Assembly: GCA_965648935.1 (NCBI GenBank)
Contig: CBFGIY010000003.1
Coordinates: 484 to 64,483, forward strand
DNA length: 64,000 nucleotides
DNA from: a candidate division WOR-3 bacterium
GTDB lineage: Bacteria; Hydrothermota; Tepidihabitantia; Tepidihabitantales; Tepidihabitantaceae
Direction: 5' to 3'
How positions within the stretch are numbered: position 1 is the first letter of the stretch; every line of letters starts with the position of its first letter. Below the pieces are notes generated by a model. That model had not been told where the DNA came from. It searched no databases and worked only from the letters and a program-made list of their open reading frames with translations. Of the stretch, positions 1 to 10,540 are shown piece after piece. The position numbers and the translations under genes are program-made.

Positions 1-461
1 CGGATGGCGTCGCGCAGGCCCTCGAACTCGCCGCGCCTGATGACCGCGAGGTCGGTGCGGTCGGGCCGGGTCGCGGCCAGCTCGTAGAGGTAGGTCGGGA
101 TCGACAGCTCGTCGGCGATCTTCTTGGCCAGCCTCTTCGCCAGCTCGACGCACTCGGTCTGGGTCGCGCCGGTTATCGGGATGAACGGCACGACATCGGT
201 CGCGCCGATGCGCGGGTGCTCGCCCTTGTGCTGCGTCAGGTCGATGAGCTCGGACGCGGCCCGCACCGCCTTGAACGCGGCGTCGAACACCGCCTCGGGC
301 TCGCCCACGAAGCTGACGACCGCACGGTTGTGATCTGCGTCCATCTCCTGGTCGAGCATCGAAACGCCGTTGACCGACTTGATTACGTTGACGATGTTCT
401 CGATGACTTCGGGCCGGCGCCCCTCGCTGAAGTTCGGGACGCACTCGACTATCTTACGCAT
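1..461 (-). CDS. ftcD: glutamate formimidoyltransferase (FtcD-type), partial; the C-terminus lies outside the window
   Basis: Reverse-strand translation from the ATG at 461 begins MRKIVECVPNFSEGRRPEVIENIVNVIKSV..., the diagnostic N-terminus of glutamate formiminotransferase. GAGAGGAG RBS 9 nt upstream. Not in the ORF track because it is open-ended. Same strand and pathway as hutI. Confidence 0.75.
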   Translation of the reverse strand, partial: MRKIVECVPNFSEGRRPEVIENIVNVIKSVNGVSMLDQEMDADHNRAVVSFVGEPEAVFDAAFKAVRAASELIDLTQHKGEHPRIGATDVVPFIPITGATQTECVELAKRLAKKIADELSIPTYLYELAATRPDRTDLAVIRRGEFEGLRDAI

Positions 462-546
462 CGCAGAAAACTCCTCTCAAATGGTGATGATACCCTGCCG
501 GAAGGGGAATCTTACCGGCCCGGCCCGCCAAGTCAAATTGGCAGCC

Positions 547-3500
547 CTAGCGGGTCAGCATCACCTTGACTACTTCCGTCGCGGATCGGGTTCGCGCCTC
601 GATGAAATAGGCCCCGGCCGCCCGGCCGCGCGCGTCCCACACGATGCGGCCCGGCCCGGGCCGGGCCGCGAAGCGGACAACCGCACGCCCGGCCGCGTCG
701 AAGATGCGCACCTCGGCCGGCTCTGGCCCTTCGAGACCGATGCCCAACCGCGCGCGGAACGGGCTCGGCCCGGCGCTCAGCTTGAGTCCTTCTGGCGCGG
801 GCCGCTGCCGGTCCCGCACCGCGACCAGCGGCGCGCCGCCCCCGGTCACGCGCACGTCGTCGATGTAAAAGCCCTCGTCAATCGTGTCGGTGTCGCTCTT
901 GAACGACAGCTTCACCCGTATCGTCTCGCCCGGCACAAGCCAGTCGAGCGCGTAGCGCTCCTCGCACCAGTCGCTCTCGATGACATCGAGCGGTTCACCC
1001 AGCGCTCCGCCCGTGCCGAGGAAGTCGAGCGTGTCCTCGCGCCCGGAGCGCACGACGGCCACGTAGATGCCGTCTACCCCGTAGTTGGGCACGCGGAACC
1101 AGCGCCAGAACGAGAGCGAGCAGTTCTCGGCCGCGATCAGCGGCACGGTCATCAGCCACGCGTTCATCGAGGAGCTGTAGCGCGAGGTGTTGGGGTCGCC
1201 GCAGTACCACGAATGCCCGCCCGAGTTCGCGCGATAAGTGGATATGTGCCAGAGGTCGCCCGCGCCGCCGTGCGACCAGAGCCGGTCCCCGGACTCGATG
1301 TCGTCAGAGAACCCGTAATCGCCGACCAGCAGCCGGAAGGTGTCGGCGAATTGCCAGGTCTCGCTCTCCAGCTCCAGCCGCAGCGGCGCGAGATAGGACC
1401 CGGGGCAGGCGCCCGACACGCTCACGCCGAAGCTGTCGGCCGGGTAGGCAAGCCGCAGCGGCGCAATCTCGCCGAGGTTGACCGGGCCCGGCGTTTCGAC
1501 CGTGACGTACGGATCCAGCGACACGAGCCGCGCGCTCACGGCGTGGCCCCAGCCGTGGCCGCGGTTCTGAATCGCCAGCCGGACCGCGCCTGACTGGCCC
1601 GGCGAAAGCGGCGGCCGCAGCAGCACGTGGCGCTCGAGTTTCAGGCGCGGCAGGCCCATCTGCAGCACCGGCCGGTAGGTGATCACGAGGTCCGTATCCT
1701 GCACCGCCAGCTCGAACTCGATTATCCGGCCGTCCTGGGCGCAGGCCCGCGCCTCGACCCGGAACGCATCCGCGACCAGGGCTGATTCGCCCGGCGCCAG
1801 CGCAGGGCACACCGCGGCGCTGTCCAGCACGCTCACGGTCGGGTCGCTCGAGCGCAGCACAAGCGGCCGCGGCCCGCTCGCCGTGCTGCCGGCGTTGCGC
1901 AACCCGACCGACAGCGTCACCTCCTCGAAAGGATTGAGCACGCCGTCGTTGTTGCCGGCCGCGTCGTCCATCAGCCACGCGCTCAGATTGAGGTGTCCCG
2001 CGGCCCGGGACGGAATCGAGCGCACCAGCGGGTAGCAGTTGCGCGCGGTGACTGTAAGGGTCATGGCGCCGGTGCCGGCCGGCACATCGAACCACGCCTC
2101 GCCTGCGGCATTGGTCCGTGCCCGGGCATAGCGGCCCGGCGCCGACAGGCAGACCAGCGCGCCCGGCTCGGCCGCGCCGCCGCGCCGCACCGTTACCAGC
2201 ACCCGGCCCGGATTCGGCCCGACAAACTCCGGCGCGCTCACCCGCAGCGACTCCGGCTCGCGCGTCCACACCCCGAGCTCCGGGTCGCCCATCAGGTTAA
2301 GCTGGTACTGGTGCCAGCGATAGACATTGCGGTCATGCGAGTAGGGCGCGTAGCGCGCCTTGGCCGCGGCCAGCGCGTCGCCCAGCCGGAAGTCTTCGGT
2401 GCGCGTTATCGAGTACCAGAACCGGTCGTCGAACTTGTCGGAATACCCGAAACCAGGGTTGCCCGGCGAGCCCCAGCCGTAGGATGAGTTGCCGACCGTA
2501 GCGACCGTGCCGCCGCCGGGGTTGGTCACGAAAGCCTCTCCGATGCTGGCAAAATCAAACGCCGTGGTCCAGCAGCCGATCGAGAAGATCACGCCGCGCC
2601 GGTCATTGGTGATTGTGTCGGCGTCGGCCGTGCGCAGCCGGTTGGCCGGACCGCTGCCCACGCTCATCACGTCAATCCAGCCGTGGCCGTCGTGGTTGAT
2701 GAAGTTCTGACCCGCCCGGATGGCAGCCAGCACCGACTCGCGGGTCTGGTTGCCCCGGCTCTGGTAGAGCTTGGTCAGGTTGTACCAGCCGCCGAACGCA
2801 AGGTCGTCGAGCCGGTCTTTGTGGACGCCCTGGTCGGTGTAGGGGTTCTGCCAGAGTATCTCGGCCGCGAACAGGCCGTTTGAGTGCGCGGCCATGCCCA
2901 TCTCGTAGTCCAGCGTCTTGCTGACGAACGCCTGCGCCTCGCTGAGCCGGTCGCAGGGCGCGCGGCCGACCGACAGCTCGGGCGCGAGGTCAACCGAGTC
3001 ATCGGTCTCGCCGAACACGCCGTTGCCGTTTCGGTCCCAGTCGCCGTCCAGCGCCGCGAAGTAAAGGTCGCACGGCAGCGAGTCCTCGCGCGGGTGCGCG
3101 CCCCACTCGCAGGCCATCGCGAACGCCTTGCGGAACGGCACCACATCGACGTCGCCGCCCAGAAGCACGTAGCGGCAGCCCGAATCGGGCACGGTCTTGA
3201 GGTAGTTGCGCAGCTTCTCGGCATCGTCCCGGCCCGGGTAGCGCGCGAGCACCCAGCCGATGTCGCGCACGACTGCGGGCACGCCCTTCTGCGTCTTCCA
3301 CGCGGCCAGCCGGGCAAACACGGTATCGAACCCGGCCCCCGTCACGATGAGATAGTCGAATGCGCCCGTGTTGAGTGCCGGCGGCTCGGACAACAGCTCG
3401 TACTCGACCCGCACGCTCACGCGGCTGCACAGCTCGAGTCTGGCGCCGGCCCCGGTCCAGCGCAGCGGCTCGACAACGCCGTGCACCACCGTGCCCTGTC

Positions 3501-3909
3501 GGGTCTCGGCCGTGCCGGTCCAGCGCGCGACCTGCGCGGGCCACGGCTCGGCGCTCTCGTAGACCCCTGGGTCCGGCCCGGTCACTCCGTCCGCGACCGC
3601 CTCGGCGACCAGCGGCAGTTGCCTCTGCGCCGGCACCGGCCGGTGCGCGCCGGCAATCGTCTGCCAGCCCGCGTAACGAAAACTCACCGCGCTCACCCGC
3701 GCCCGGCCGGGCAGCTGGATTGCCAGCGGCACCGACGGTAACTGCGGCGCGCCCGGCGTATCGGTCAGTTCCATTCCGGCGCCGTCAATCAACGTGAACC
3801 CGCCGCGCTCCTCGAACTGGAACTGCGCCGGGCTGAACTGGTAGTTCTCGGTCATCACCGCCGCGGCCAGAATCGAGCAAAGGGAAAACAGGACAAGCGT
3901 CGTTCTCAT
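547..3909 (-). CDS. secreted peptidase C25 (gingipain-like) family protein with C-terminal T9SS sorting domain
   Basis: 1120 aa. N-terminal signal peptide (MRTTLVLFSLCSILAAAV). C25-type motifs LGGDVDVVPF and YFAALDGDWDRNGNGVFGE. C-terminus ...RIFDAAGRAVV...GAYFIEART...VKVMLTR is typical of T9SS/FlgD-Ig-like CTDs. Confidence 0.7.
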   Translation of the reverse strand: MRTTLVLFSLCSILAAAVMTENYQFSPAQFQFEERGGFTLIDGAGMELTDTPGAPQLPSVPLAIQLPGRARVSAVSFRYAGWQTIAGAHRPVPAQRQLPLVAEAVADGVTGPDPGVYESAEPWPAQVARWTGTAETRQGTVVHGVVEPLRWTGAGARLELCSRVSVRVEYELLSEPPALNTGAFDYLIVTGAGFDTVFARLAAWKTQKGVPAVVRDIGWVLARYPGRDDAEKLRNYLKTVPDSGCRYVLLGGDVDVVPFRKAFAMACEWGAHPREDSLPCDLYFAALDGDWDRNGNGVFGETDDSVDLAPELSVGRAPCDRLSEAQAFVSKTLDYEMGMAAHSNGLFAAEILWQNPYTDQGVHKDRLDDLAFGGWYNLTKLYQSRGNQTRESVLAAIRAGQNFINHDGHGWIDVMSVGSGPANRLRTADADTITNDRRGVIFSIGCWTTAFDFASIGEAFVTNPGGGTVATVGNSSYGWGSPGNPGFGYSDKFDDRFWYSITRTEDFRLGDALAAAKARYAPYSHDRNVYRWHQYQLNLMGDPELGVWTREPESLRVSAPEFVGPNPGRVLVTVRRGGAAEPGALVCLSAPGRYARARTNAAGEAWFDVPAGTGAMTLTVTARNCYPLVRSIPSRAAGHLNLSAWLMDDAAGNNDGVLNPFEEVTLSVGLRNAGSTASGPRPLVLRSSDPTVSVLDSAAVCPALAPGESALVADAFRVEARACAQDGRIIEFELAVQDTDLVITYRPVLQMGLPRLKLERHVLLRPPLSPGQSGAVRLAIQNRGHGWGHAVSARLVSLDPYVTVETPGPVNLGEIAPLRLAYPADSFGVSVSGACPGSYLAPLRLELESETWQFADTFRLLVGDYGFSDDIESGDRLWSHGGAGDLWHISTYRANSGGHSWYCGDPNTSRYSSSMNAWLMTVPLIAAENCSLSFWRWFRVPNYGVDGIYVAVVRSGREDTLDFLGTGGALGEPLDVIESDWCEERYALDWLVPGETIRVKLSFKSDTDTIDEGFYIDDVRVTGGGAPLVAVRDRQRPAPEGLKLSAGPSPFRARLGIGLEGPEPAEVRIFDAAGRAVVRFAARPGPGRIVWDARGRAAGAYFIEARTRSATEVVKVMLTR

Positions 3910-3957
3910 CTGGTGCCTCTGGAAGATTATAGACCCGGCCCGCAGCCGGGCAAGAAA

Positions 3958-5178
3958 TCAGGCCGCGGCCCGCTCGAATGTCACCCGACCGTGCCTGATG
4001 GTCATTCGCACCGGATTGTGGCCGAGGCGGTAGACAAGATGCTGCCAGGTCGGCACGTCGGTGACCACTATATCGGCCCACTTGCCCGGTTCGAGCGTGC
4101 CCAGTTCCGCATCGAGTTTCAGGGCCCGGGCCGCGTTCACGGTCGCCCCGCGCAGTGCCTCGACCGGGGTCAGGCCGTAGTAGATGCACCCGAACTGCAC
4201 GGTCAGCGGCTGGGCCAGCATCGGGCAGGAACCGGGGTTGAAGTCGGTCGCGAGCGCCATCACGATGCCCAGCTCGCGCATCCGCCTCACCGGCGCGCGG
4301 TGCGCCTCGCGCAGAAAGAAGCAAGTGCCGGGCAGCAGCACCGCAACCACGCCGCGCTCGGCCATCTGCCGCAGACCGGCCTCGGATGGCTGCAGCAGGT
4401 GGCTGGCCGACACCGCGCCGACCCGCGCGGCGGTTTCGGCCCCGCCCGAGGACTCAATCTCGTCGGCGTGCACCGTCGCGAGCATCCCGTGCCGCTTGCC
4501 CGCCTCGAGAATGCGCGCGCTCTCTTCGGTATTGAAAACGAAGTTCTCACAGAACACGTCGCAGAACCGCGCGATGCCCTGCTCGGCCGCGGCCGGTATC
4601 ATCTCGGATTCCAGCAGCCTGATGTAGTCGGCCTTGGCCGTGCCGGCCGGCACGCTGTGCGCGCCGAGGAATGTCGGCACGATTGTCGCGATTCCCTCTT
4701 CGGCCAGCCGACCGGTCACGCGCAGCAGCTTCAGTTCCGTCTCGGTGTCCAGCCCGTAGCCCGACTTCGCCTCGACCGTGGTCGTGCCCCACGACGCCAT
4801 CTCGCGCAGGCGCGCAAGCCCGCGCTGATGCAGCTCCTCCTCGGACGCGGCTCGCGTCGCCCTGACCGTCGAGAGAATGCCGCCGCCGGCCTGGGCGATT
4901 TCCTTGTAGCTTCGGCCCAGCAGCCGTTGCTCGAACTCGTCGGCCCGCCAGCCGCCGAAGACAAGATGCGTGTGCGGGTCCACGAACCCGGGCATCACCA
5001 CGCAGCCGCGGCAGTCGACTTCGGTCTCGCCCGGTGCGGCAGCAAGCGGCCCGGCCCCGACCTCGGCAATCCGACCGTCGCGCACGCGCACCGCTCCGCG
5101 CTCGACGATGCCCAGGCCGTCCCCGGTCATCGAGAGGACCTGCGAGCAGTTGTTCAGCAGCAGACTGGTCTCAGCCAT
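3958..5178 (-). CDS. hutI: imidazolonepropionase
   Basis: 406 aa with [13 protein letters not shown] and [12 protein letters not shown] motifs of the HutI amidohydrolase family. Confidence 0.9.
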   Translation of the reverse strand: MAETSLLLNNCSQVLSMTGDGLGIVERGAVRVRDGRIAEVGAGPLAAAPGETEVDCRGCVVMPGFVDPHTHLVFGGWRADEFEQRLLGRSYKEIAQAGGGILSTVRATRAASEEELHQRGLARLREMASWGTTTVEAKSGYGLDTETELKLLRVTGRLAEEGIATIVPTFLGAHSVPAGTAKADYIRLLESEMIPAAAEQGIARFCDVFCENFVFNTEESARILEAGKRHGMLATVHADEIESSGGAETAARVGAVSASHLLQPSEAGLRQMAERGVVAVLLPGTCFFLREAHRAPVRRMRELGIVMALATDFNPGSCPMLAQPLTVQFGCIYYGLTPVEALRGATVNAARALKLDAELGTLEPGKWADIVVTDVPTWQHLVYRLGHNPVRMTIRHGRVTFERAAA

Positions 5179-5197
5179 TGCCCCGACCGCGCTCTGC

Positions 5198-5821
5198 TCA
5201 GCGCACGCTCGACGATTCCAGTTCGAGGTTGAGCGTCATCACCTCGCCGTCCGGCTGAGTCATCCGCATCCGCATCAATACCAGCCCGACGCCGGGCGCG
5301 TACCACGACAGCGTCCGCAGGTCCGAGCCGGGCACGGTTTCTTCGGTGCGCCAGGCCAGGTACTTGCCGGCCGCCACCTTGACCGACTCCTGCGCGATGA
5401 AGCGGGCCTCTATCTTGTGTTCGCCGCCGAGCAACCGGCGCCAGGACTTGCCCGCGGCCGGGGGCAGCAGAAGAATCGTGTCGCGCAGCTCGCTGTCCAG
5501 CCGGCGCGCCGATATCACCCTTCCGGGCGCGCCGTGCACGTAGAGGGTGTCGAAGGCCTCATAGGGCTGGTCGACCCGCGTCACAACGACCGCGGCCTCG
5601 TCGCCGCCTGAAAACCTGGCCGTGTCGGCAACCGTGACGCGATTGGTCTGGCGCGTGCCCACGGTATCGGGCCGGCCTTCTTCGTCGCCGTAGTAAACGC
5701 GATACTGCCAGGCGCTGCCCACGCCGAGCGGGTACAGGTTCGTCGCGACCGGCTTGCCGGTCGTCGCGCATCCGAGAACAAGGCCGGCGATGCCGGCCGC
5801 CAATGCAACTGCCGTTTTCAA
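5198..5821 (-). CDS. hypothetical lipoprotein
   Basis: The ORF is open to 6097, but the protein-like part starts at [22 protein letters not shown] (lipobox LVLGC). GGAGG RBS precedes a TTG/GTG start near 5821-5827. The upstream part of the ORF is Arg/Ala-rich junk. Confidence 0.5.
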   Translation of the reverse strand: MKTAVALAAGIAGLVLGCATTGKPVATNLYPLGVGSAWQYRVYYGDEEGRPDTVGTRQTNRVTVADTARFSGGDEAAVVVTRVDQPYEAFDTLYVHGAPGRVISARRLDSELRDTILLLPPAAGKSWRRLLGGEHKIEARFIAQESVKVAAGKYLAWRTEETVPGSDLRTLSWYAPGVGLVLMRMRMTQPDGEVMTLNLELESSSVR

Positions 5822-5936
5822 TTCCACCTCCGTTGGTCCGGCAGATGATACCCGGCTCCCGGCCCCGGCGCAACCGGTGCGCGCTTGACGCCCGCCCACC
5901 GCGGCCGAGAATCTGCCCAACACCCAAGGAGGTCCG

Positions 5937-6272
5937 ATGCCCCTGCTCGCCGCCTGCGGACTGGACTGCGAGACCTGTCCGACTTTCAGGGCGACGCGCG
6001 CTGACGACAACGCGCTGCGCGAAAAGACCGCGGCCGAGTGGTCGAAGATGTACTCGGCCGACATCAAGCCTGCGGACATCAACTGCCGCGGCTGCAACTC
6101 GGCCGAAGGCCCGCACTTCTCCTACTGCGCCGGAATGTGCGAGATTCGCAAGTGCGCCCGGGGCCGCGCGCTGGTGACCTGCGCCGAATGCGCCGACTAC
6201 GCCTGCGAGAAGCTCGAGAGCTTCTTCGGGATGGCGCCCGAGGCCAGAGCCAACCTTGAAGCCCGGCGCTGA
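5937..6272 (+). CDS. DUF3795-like cysteine-rich protein
   Basis: 111 aa. AGGAGG RBS at 5926-5931. Multiple CxxC pairs (CGLDCETCP, CRGCNS, CAECADYAC) typical of the DUF3795 family. Confidence 0.65.
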   Translation: MPLLAACGLDCETCPTFRATRADDNALREKTAAEWSKMYSADIKPADINCRGCNSAEGPHFSYCAGMCEIRKCARGRALVTCAECADYACEKLESFFGMAPEARANLEARR

Positions 6273-6281
6273 ACTTCTCCC

Positions 6282-6686
6282 GTGACCGGCCGGCGTCTTG
6301 TCCAGCTCTTCCCGCCCGCGGCCGAGCGGGCCTGTGCCGGCCCGGCCTGCGCGATGGACTGCTCAGGCTGCGGCAAGGGTCCGACCGCGGCCTCTGCCCG
6401 GCTCGACCTGCGGGCCACCCGCGCCGCGCTGGAAACCGACTACGCCGGCTCGGTCGAGCTCTGGGTCGCCGACTACTCGACCGAGGCGGGCCGCGCCGAC
6501 GCGATTGCCCGGCTCAACCGTCTGCTGCAGACCGATAACATCAAGCTCACAATCACGCCCGACAACCTCGATGAGTTCCTCGCTCAATCCGCGCCGGTAC
6601 TGGCCATCGGCGAACGCATCGCCTCGATAATCGTCCTGCCCACCAAAGCCGGCCTCGCCCGGCTCCTGGAACAGGCAGGATCCTGA
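6282..6686 (+). CDS. hypothetical protein with CSGC motif, possibly thioredoxin-like fold
   Basis: 134-aa ORF. Its stop overlaps the ADH start (TGATG), suggesting translational coupling. CSGCGKG and a ...APVLAIGERIAS segment resemble small redox-active disulfide proteins. Start codon uncertain (6282 GTG or internal ATG near 6352). Confidence 0.4.
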   Translation: MTGRRLVQLFPPAAERACAGPACAMDCSGCGKGPTAASARLDLRATRAALETDYAGSVELWVADYSTEAGRADAIARLNRLLQTDNIKLTITPDNLDEFLAQSAPVLAIGERIASIIVLPTKAGLARLLEQAGS

Positions 6687-7717
6687 TGCGCGCCTTCGTC
6701 ATCAACCGGCAGGGCCCGGCCGAATACCGGTTCAACTCGGTTGCCGATGTCCCCGTGCCCGAGCCCGGGCCCGGGCAGGTGCGCGTGCGCGTGCTTGCTT
6801 GCGGGGTCTGCCGCACCGACCTGCACGAGGTCGAGGGCGACATCGCGCCGTGCCTGCCCGTCATCCCGGGCCACGAGATTGTCGGCACGGTCGATTGTCT
6901 CGGTCCGGGCGTGACCGCGCCCGCGCCCGGCGCGCGCGTCGGTATCCCCTGGCTCCGCTCGACCTGCGGCCAATGCCGGTTCTGCCGCTCGCGCCGCGAG
7001 AACCTCTGCGAGGACATCCTTTTCAACGGCTTCGACGCGGACGGCGGCTACGCCGAGTACGCCGTCGCGCCGGCCGACTTCGTCTACCCCCTGCCCGACT
7101 CGCTCGAACCCGCTTCTGCCGCGCCGCTGCTCTGCGCCGGAGTCATCGGCTACCGCGCGCTCAGGCTGGCCCTCGGTCCGCGCCTCGACATTGAGCATTC
7201 GTCTTTCGGAACTGCGGCGCCGCCCCGGCTCGGTCTCTACGGCTTCGGCGCGTCGGCCCACATCTGCCTCCAGATAGCGCGGCACTCCGGGGTCGAGGTC
7301 GCGGTCTTCACCCGGTCCGAGCCGCACCGCAGCCATGCGCTCTCGCTCGGCGCGACCTGGGCCGGCCCGGCCGACGGATCTCCGCCCTGGCCCCTGGACT
7401 CAAGCGTCATATTCGCCCCGGCCGGCGAGCTTGTGCCACTCGCGCTCGAGCGCCTCGACAAAGGCGGCACCCTCGCGCTCGCCGGTATCCATATGAGCCC
7501 GATACCCGAGATGGACTACTCGCTGGTCTACGGCGAGCGCGTCATCCGCTCGGTCGCCAACTCGACCCGGCAGGACGTGCGCGACCTGCTGGAGCTCGCG
7601 GCCGCCATCCCGCTGGCGGCGACCGTGCAGGAGTTTTCGCTCGAAGCCGCAGCCGACGCGCTGCTTGCGGTCAAGCACAGCGAAGTCGAAGGCGCGGCCG
7701 TGCTCGTCCCGCGCTGA
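6686..7717 (+). CDS. zinc-dependent alcohol dehydrogenase (MDR superfamily, CAD/YahK-like)
   Basis: 343 aa. GVCRTDLHEVEG and GHEIVGTV zinc-binding motifs. GxGxxG Rossmann region (LYGFGASAHI). Confidence 0.85.
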   Translation: MRAFVINRQGPAEYRFNSVADVPVPEPGPGQVRVRVLACGVCRTDLHEVEGDIAPCLPVIPGHEIVGTVDCLGPGVTAPAPGARVGIPWLRSTCGQCRFCRSRRENLCEDILFNGFDADGGYAEYAVAPADFVYPLPDSLEPASAAPLLCAGVIGYRALRLALGPRLDIEHSSFGTAAPPRLGLYGFGASAHICLQIARHSGVEVAVFTRSEPHRSHALSLGATWAGPADGSPPWPLDSSVIFAPAGELVPLALERLDKGGTLALAGIHMSPIPEMDYSLVYGERVIRSVANSTRQDVRDLLELAAAIPLAATVQEFSLEAAADALLAVKHSEVEGAAVLVPR

Positions 7718-7810
7718 GTCGCTGGTTGCGGCTTGACTTCCGGCCAGCTCGCGCTTGAATGGCCGGGAGATGAAAGCACCGACTGAACCGACCGGACTCT
7801 GGGCCACCTG

Positions 7811-8941
7811 ATGGCAACACCCAAGTACCTCGCGCGGCTGCGCGCGTCCTTCCCGCGCCTTGCGAAAAGGCACGGCACGCCGCTGTTCATAGTCAGCCGC
7901 ACGCTGCTTCTGGAACAGGTCAAGCGCTTCCGCAAGTTCCTGCCGCGCGTCAGGCCGTTTTACGCGGTCAAGGCCAACCCGACGCCCGAGGTCATCAAGA
8001 CGCTCGCCGCCGCGGGCTGCGGGTTCGACGTCGCCTCGCTGCCCGAGGTCGAATGGGCGCTCGGCGCCGGCGCGACGCCCGACCGGCTGATTTTCGCCAA
8101 CACGATGAAACGGCCCCAGGCCATCGCCGCGGCCCGGAAGCTCGGCGTGAACCTGATGACCTTCGACTCGGCCAACGAACTCGACAAGATCGCCCGCCAC
8201 TCGCCCCGCGCCCAGGTGGTCGTGCGCATCAAGGTGCCCAATGTCGGTTCGGTCGTCGAGCTGTCGCTGAAATTCGGCTGCGACCCGTCCGAGGCGGTGC
8301 CCCTGCTGTTGCGCGCGCGCGACCTCGGGCTGAAACCCCGCGGGGTCAGCTTCCACGTCGGTTCCCAGTGCACCCACGGCGACAACTACCTCGAGGCCTT
8401 CGAGCTGGCCAAGATAATCCTCAACGACGCCCTGCTCAAAGGCATGGCGCTGTCGCTGGTGGACATCGGCGGCGGCTTCCCGATCCGCCAGTTCGACTCG
8501 GACGAGGACTGGTTCGCGGCGATGGCCCCGGCGCTGCGCCTGGAGCTCGACCGGCTGTTCCCGCCCCACATCGAGCTCATCGCCGAACCGGGCCGCGCCC
8601 TTGTCGGCCCGGCCGGGTTCCTGCTGATGAGCGTCATCGGCAACTCGACCCGCGCAGGCAAACCCTGGTGCTTTCTCGACGACGGCCTTTACGGCTGCCT
8701 GTCGGGAATGATGTTCGACCACGCCAAGTACCCCTTCTCGGTCACGCGCCGGGGCGAGCCCCGGCTCACCACGCTCGCCGGCCCGACCTGCGACTCGATC
8801 GACATCATCTCGTCCAGCGAAGAACTGCCCGAACTCGAACCGGGCGACCTGGTCTACGCGCACAACATCGGCGCGTACTCGATCGCCCACGCCACCCACT
8901 TCAACGGCATCCCGCCGGCCCGCGCGATAATGGTGCCGTAA
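7811..8941 (+). CDS. PLP-dependent ornithine/lysine decarboxylase (alanine-racemase-fold, eukaryotic-type ODC family)
   Basis: 376 aa. PFYAVKANP PLP-lysine motif, FHVGSQ, and AGPTCDSID (ODC CDGxD-type substrate-cysteine motif). Confidence 0.85.
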   Translation: MATPKYLARLRASFPRLAKRHGTPLFIVSRTLLLEQVKRFRKFLPRVRPFYAVKANPTPEVIKTLAAAGCGFDVASLPEVEWALGAGATPDRLIFANTMKRPQAIAAARKLGVNLMTFDSANELDKIARHSPRAQVVVRIKVPNVGSVVELSLKFGCDPSEAVPLLLRARDLGLKPRGVSFHVGSQCTHGDNYLEAFELAKIILNDALLKGMALSLVDIGGGFPIRQFDSDEDWFAAMAPALRLELDRLFPPHIELIAEPGRALVGPAGFLLMSVIGNSTRAGKPWCFLDDGLYGCLSGMMFDHAKYPFSVTRRGEPRLTTLAGPTCDSIDIISSSEELPELEPGDLVYAHNIGAYSIAHATHFNGIPPARAIMVP

Positions 8942-8950
8942 GGAGGGCAT

Positions 8951-10165
8951 GTGAAACGAAAGCAGAAGTCAGAACCGAAGAGAATGAAAGCCGGGGCCAC
9001 GGGCCATACCCCGCGCCAGCGCAAGGACCTCTCCGAACTGCCCGACTGGCTGCGCGCGCGCGAATGCCCGCACAAGGCGCGTTACATGAGCGGCCGGCGC
9101 ATCCAGCCCCGCGGCATCACGGGCCGCGAGAAACTCGCCGACCTCGTCGACGCCTCCTTCCTCGCCTACAACGCGGCGCGCCTGCGCGAAGGCTGCCGCC
9201 TGTTCGCCGAGAAGATGCTTGCGCCCGACGTGACGGTCGGGATGAGCCTCGCCGGCGCGCTCACGCCGGCCGGGCTGGGCTGCTCCTGCATCGTCCCGCT
9301 CATCAAGGCCGGATTCGTGGACTGGATTGTCGCCACCGGCGCCAACATGTACCACGACCTCCACTTCGCATTCAACCTGCCGCTCGTGGCCGGCTCGCAC
9401 CTGCTCGACGACACCGACCTGCGCAGAAACGACGTCGTGCGCATCTACGACGTCCTGCTCGGCTACACCGACTGCCTGATGGAAACCGACAAGATACTGC
9501 GCGGCATCCTTGTCCAGCCCGAGTTCCAGCGCGAGATGGGCACGGCCGAGTTCTACTGGCATCTCGGCCGCTACGCCGCCGAGTGGGAGAAAAAGAGCGG
9601 CAACCGGGACGTCTCGGTGCTGGCCGCGGCATACCGCTGCGGCGTGCCGGTCCACACCTCCTCGCCCGGCGACTCGACCATCGGGATGAACATCGCCGGG
9701 CTCGAACTCAAGGGCCTCAAGCTGCGCATCAACCCGTCCATCGACGTCAACGAGACCACCTCCTACGTGCTCGATGCCAAACGCTCGGGCGGCAGGTCCG
9801 CGGTCGTCCTGATGGGCGGCGGCTCCCCCAAGAACTTCATGCTCCAGACCGAGCCGCAGATACAGGAAGTCCTGATGCTCAAGGAGTACGGGCAGGACTA
9901 CTTCTTCCAGGTTACCGACGCGCGGCCCGACACCGGCGGACTCTCCGGTGCCACGCCCCACGAGGCGGTGAGCTGGGGCAAGGTCGACCCGGACCGCCTG
10001 CCCGACGCGGTCGTCTGCTACGCCGACACGACCATCGCCCTGCCGGTGCTGACGCACTACGCGCTGGCGCGTCACCCGCGGCGCAAGCTCCGCCGGCTCT
10101 ACGACCGCCGGCCCGAGCTGATGGAGAAGCTCACCCGCGAGTTCTTCGCCCACTCGCAGTTCTAG
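8951..10165 (+). CDS. deoxyhypusine synthase-like protein (candidate homospermidine synthase)
   Basis: 404 aa with DHS-family architecture (Rossmann-like ...[15 protein letters not shown]..., GGGSPKNF). GTG start 3-4 nt after an AGGAGGG RBS. Sits 10 nt downstream of the ODC-like gene. Confidence 0.8.
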   Translation: MKRKQKSEPKRMKAGATGHTPRQRKDLSELPDWLRARECPHKARYMSGRRIQPRGITGREKLADLVDASFLAYNAARLREGCRLFAEKMLAPDVTVGMSLAGALTPAGLGCSCIVPLIKAGFVDWIVATGANMYHDLHFAFNLPLVAGSHLLDDTDLRRNDVVRIYDVLLGYTDCLMETDKILRGILVQPEFQREMGTAEFYWHLGRYAAEWEKKSGNRDVSVLAAAYRCGVPVHTSSPGDSTIGMNIAGLELKGLKLRINPSIDVNETTSYVLDAKRSGGRSAVVLMGGGSPKNFMLQTEPQIQEVLMLKEYGQDYFFQVTDARPDTGGLSGATPHEAVSWGKVDPDRLPDAVVCYADTTIALPVLTHYALARHPRRKLRRLYDRRPELMEKLTREFFAHSQF

Positions 10166-10476
10166 ACCGCGCTCGCGGTTACCGACCGTTCCGCTAAGCG
10201 GCCCGGAAGCCCGGCCATCGAGCGCGCGCTCGGCGACCGGCTCGCCACATATCTGGACCGGGCGCTCTGGCCGCGACTGAACCATCGGCTTGACCCGCCG
10301 CTCGCGCGCGGGTTTGCCGCCCGCGTCACGACCCGCCTCAACAACGAGTCTGCCGTCCGGTTTGACTCGCGACTCAAAGCAGCCGTGGCCGCCCTGCTCG
10401 CGCCGGTCTTGTGGCACAGGTTCGACCGGCCGCTTGGCCGCGCCTTCACTCTCGACTTCAGACGCCGAGCCACCAC

Positions 10477-10540
10477 CGGGGTTACCCCCTCCACAACCTG
10501 TGGTATACCATTCTCGCTCGCACCGCTATATGTGGTGGTC
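10477..10540. repeat. copy 1 of a conserved about 65-nt motif (GGGGnnnnCnCCCTCCACAACnTnTGGTATnCC...GCACCnCTATATGTnGTGGT)
   Basis: Immediately precedes the terminator hairpin of the NHL/T9SS gene. A second copy is at 61927-61992. Confidence 0.45.

Noticed and set aside
370-1593. 407-aa + strand ORF antisense to the C25 peptidase gene
   Set aside because: Arg/Ala/Pro/Gly-dominated composition typical of antisense frames in high-GC DNA. Fully overlaps a well-supported minus-strand gene.
7400-10417. Three long ORFs (7400..8950 -, 8053..10197 +, 8969..10417 -) overlapping the ODC and DHS-like genes
   Set aside because: All are alternative or antisense frames of two genes with strong motif support. 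Extreme Arg/Gly/Ala/Pro content and no motifs.
10162-10494. 110-aa minus-strand ORF in the DHS/NHL convergent spacer
   Set aside because: Arg/Ser-rich junk translation. The + frame continuation of the DHS-like gene is more protein-like (reported under the ODC/DHS finding).
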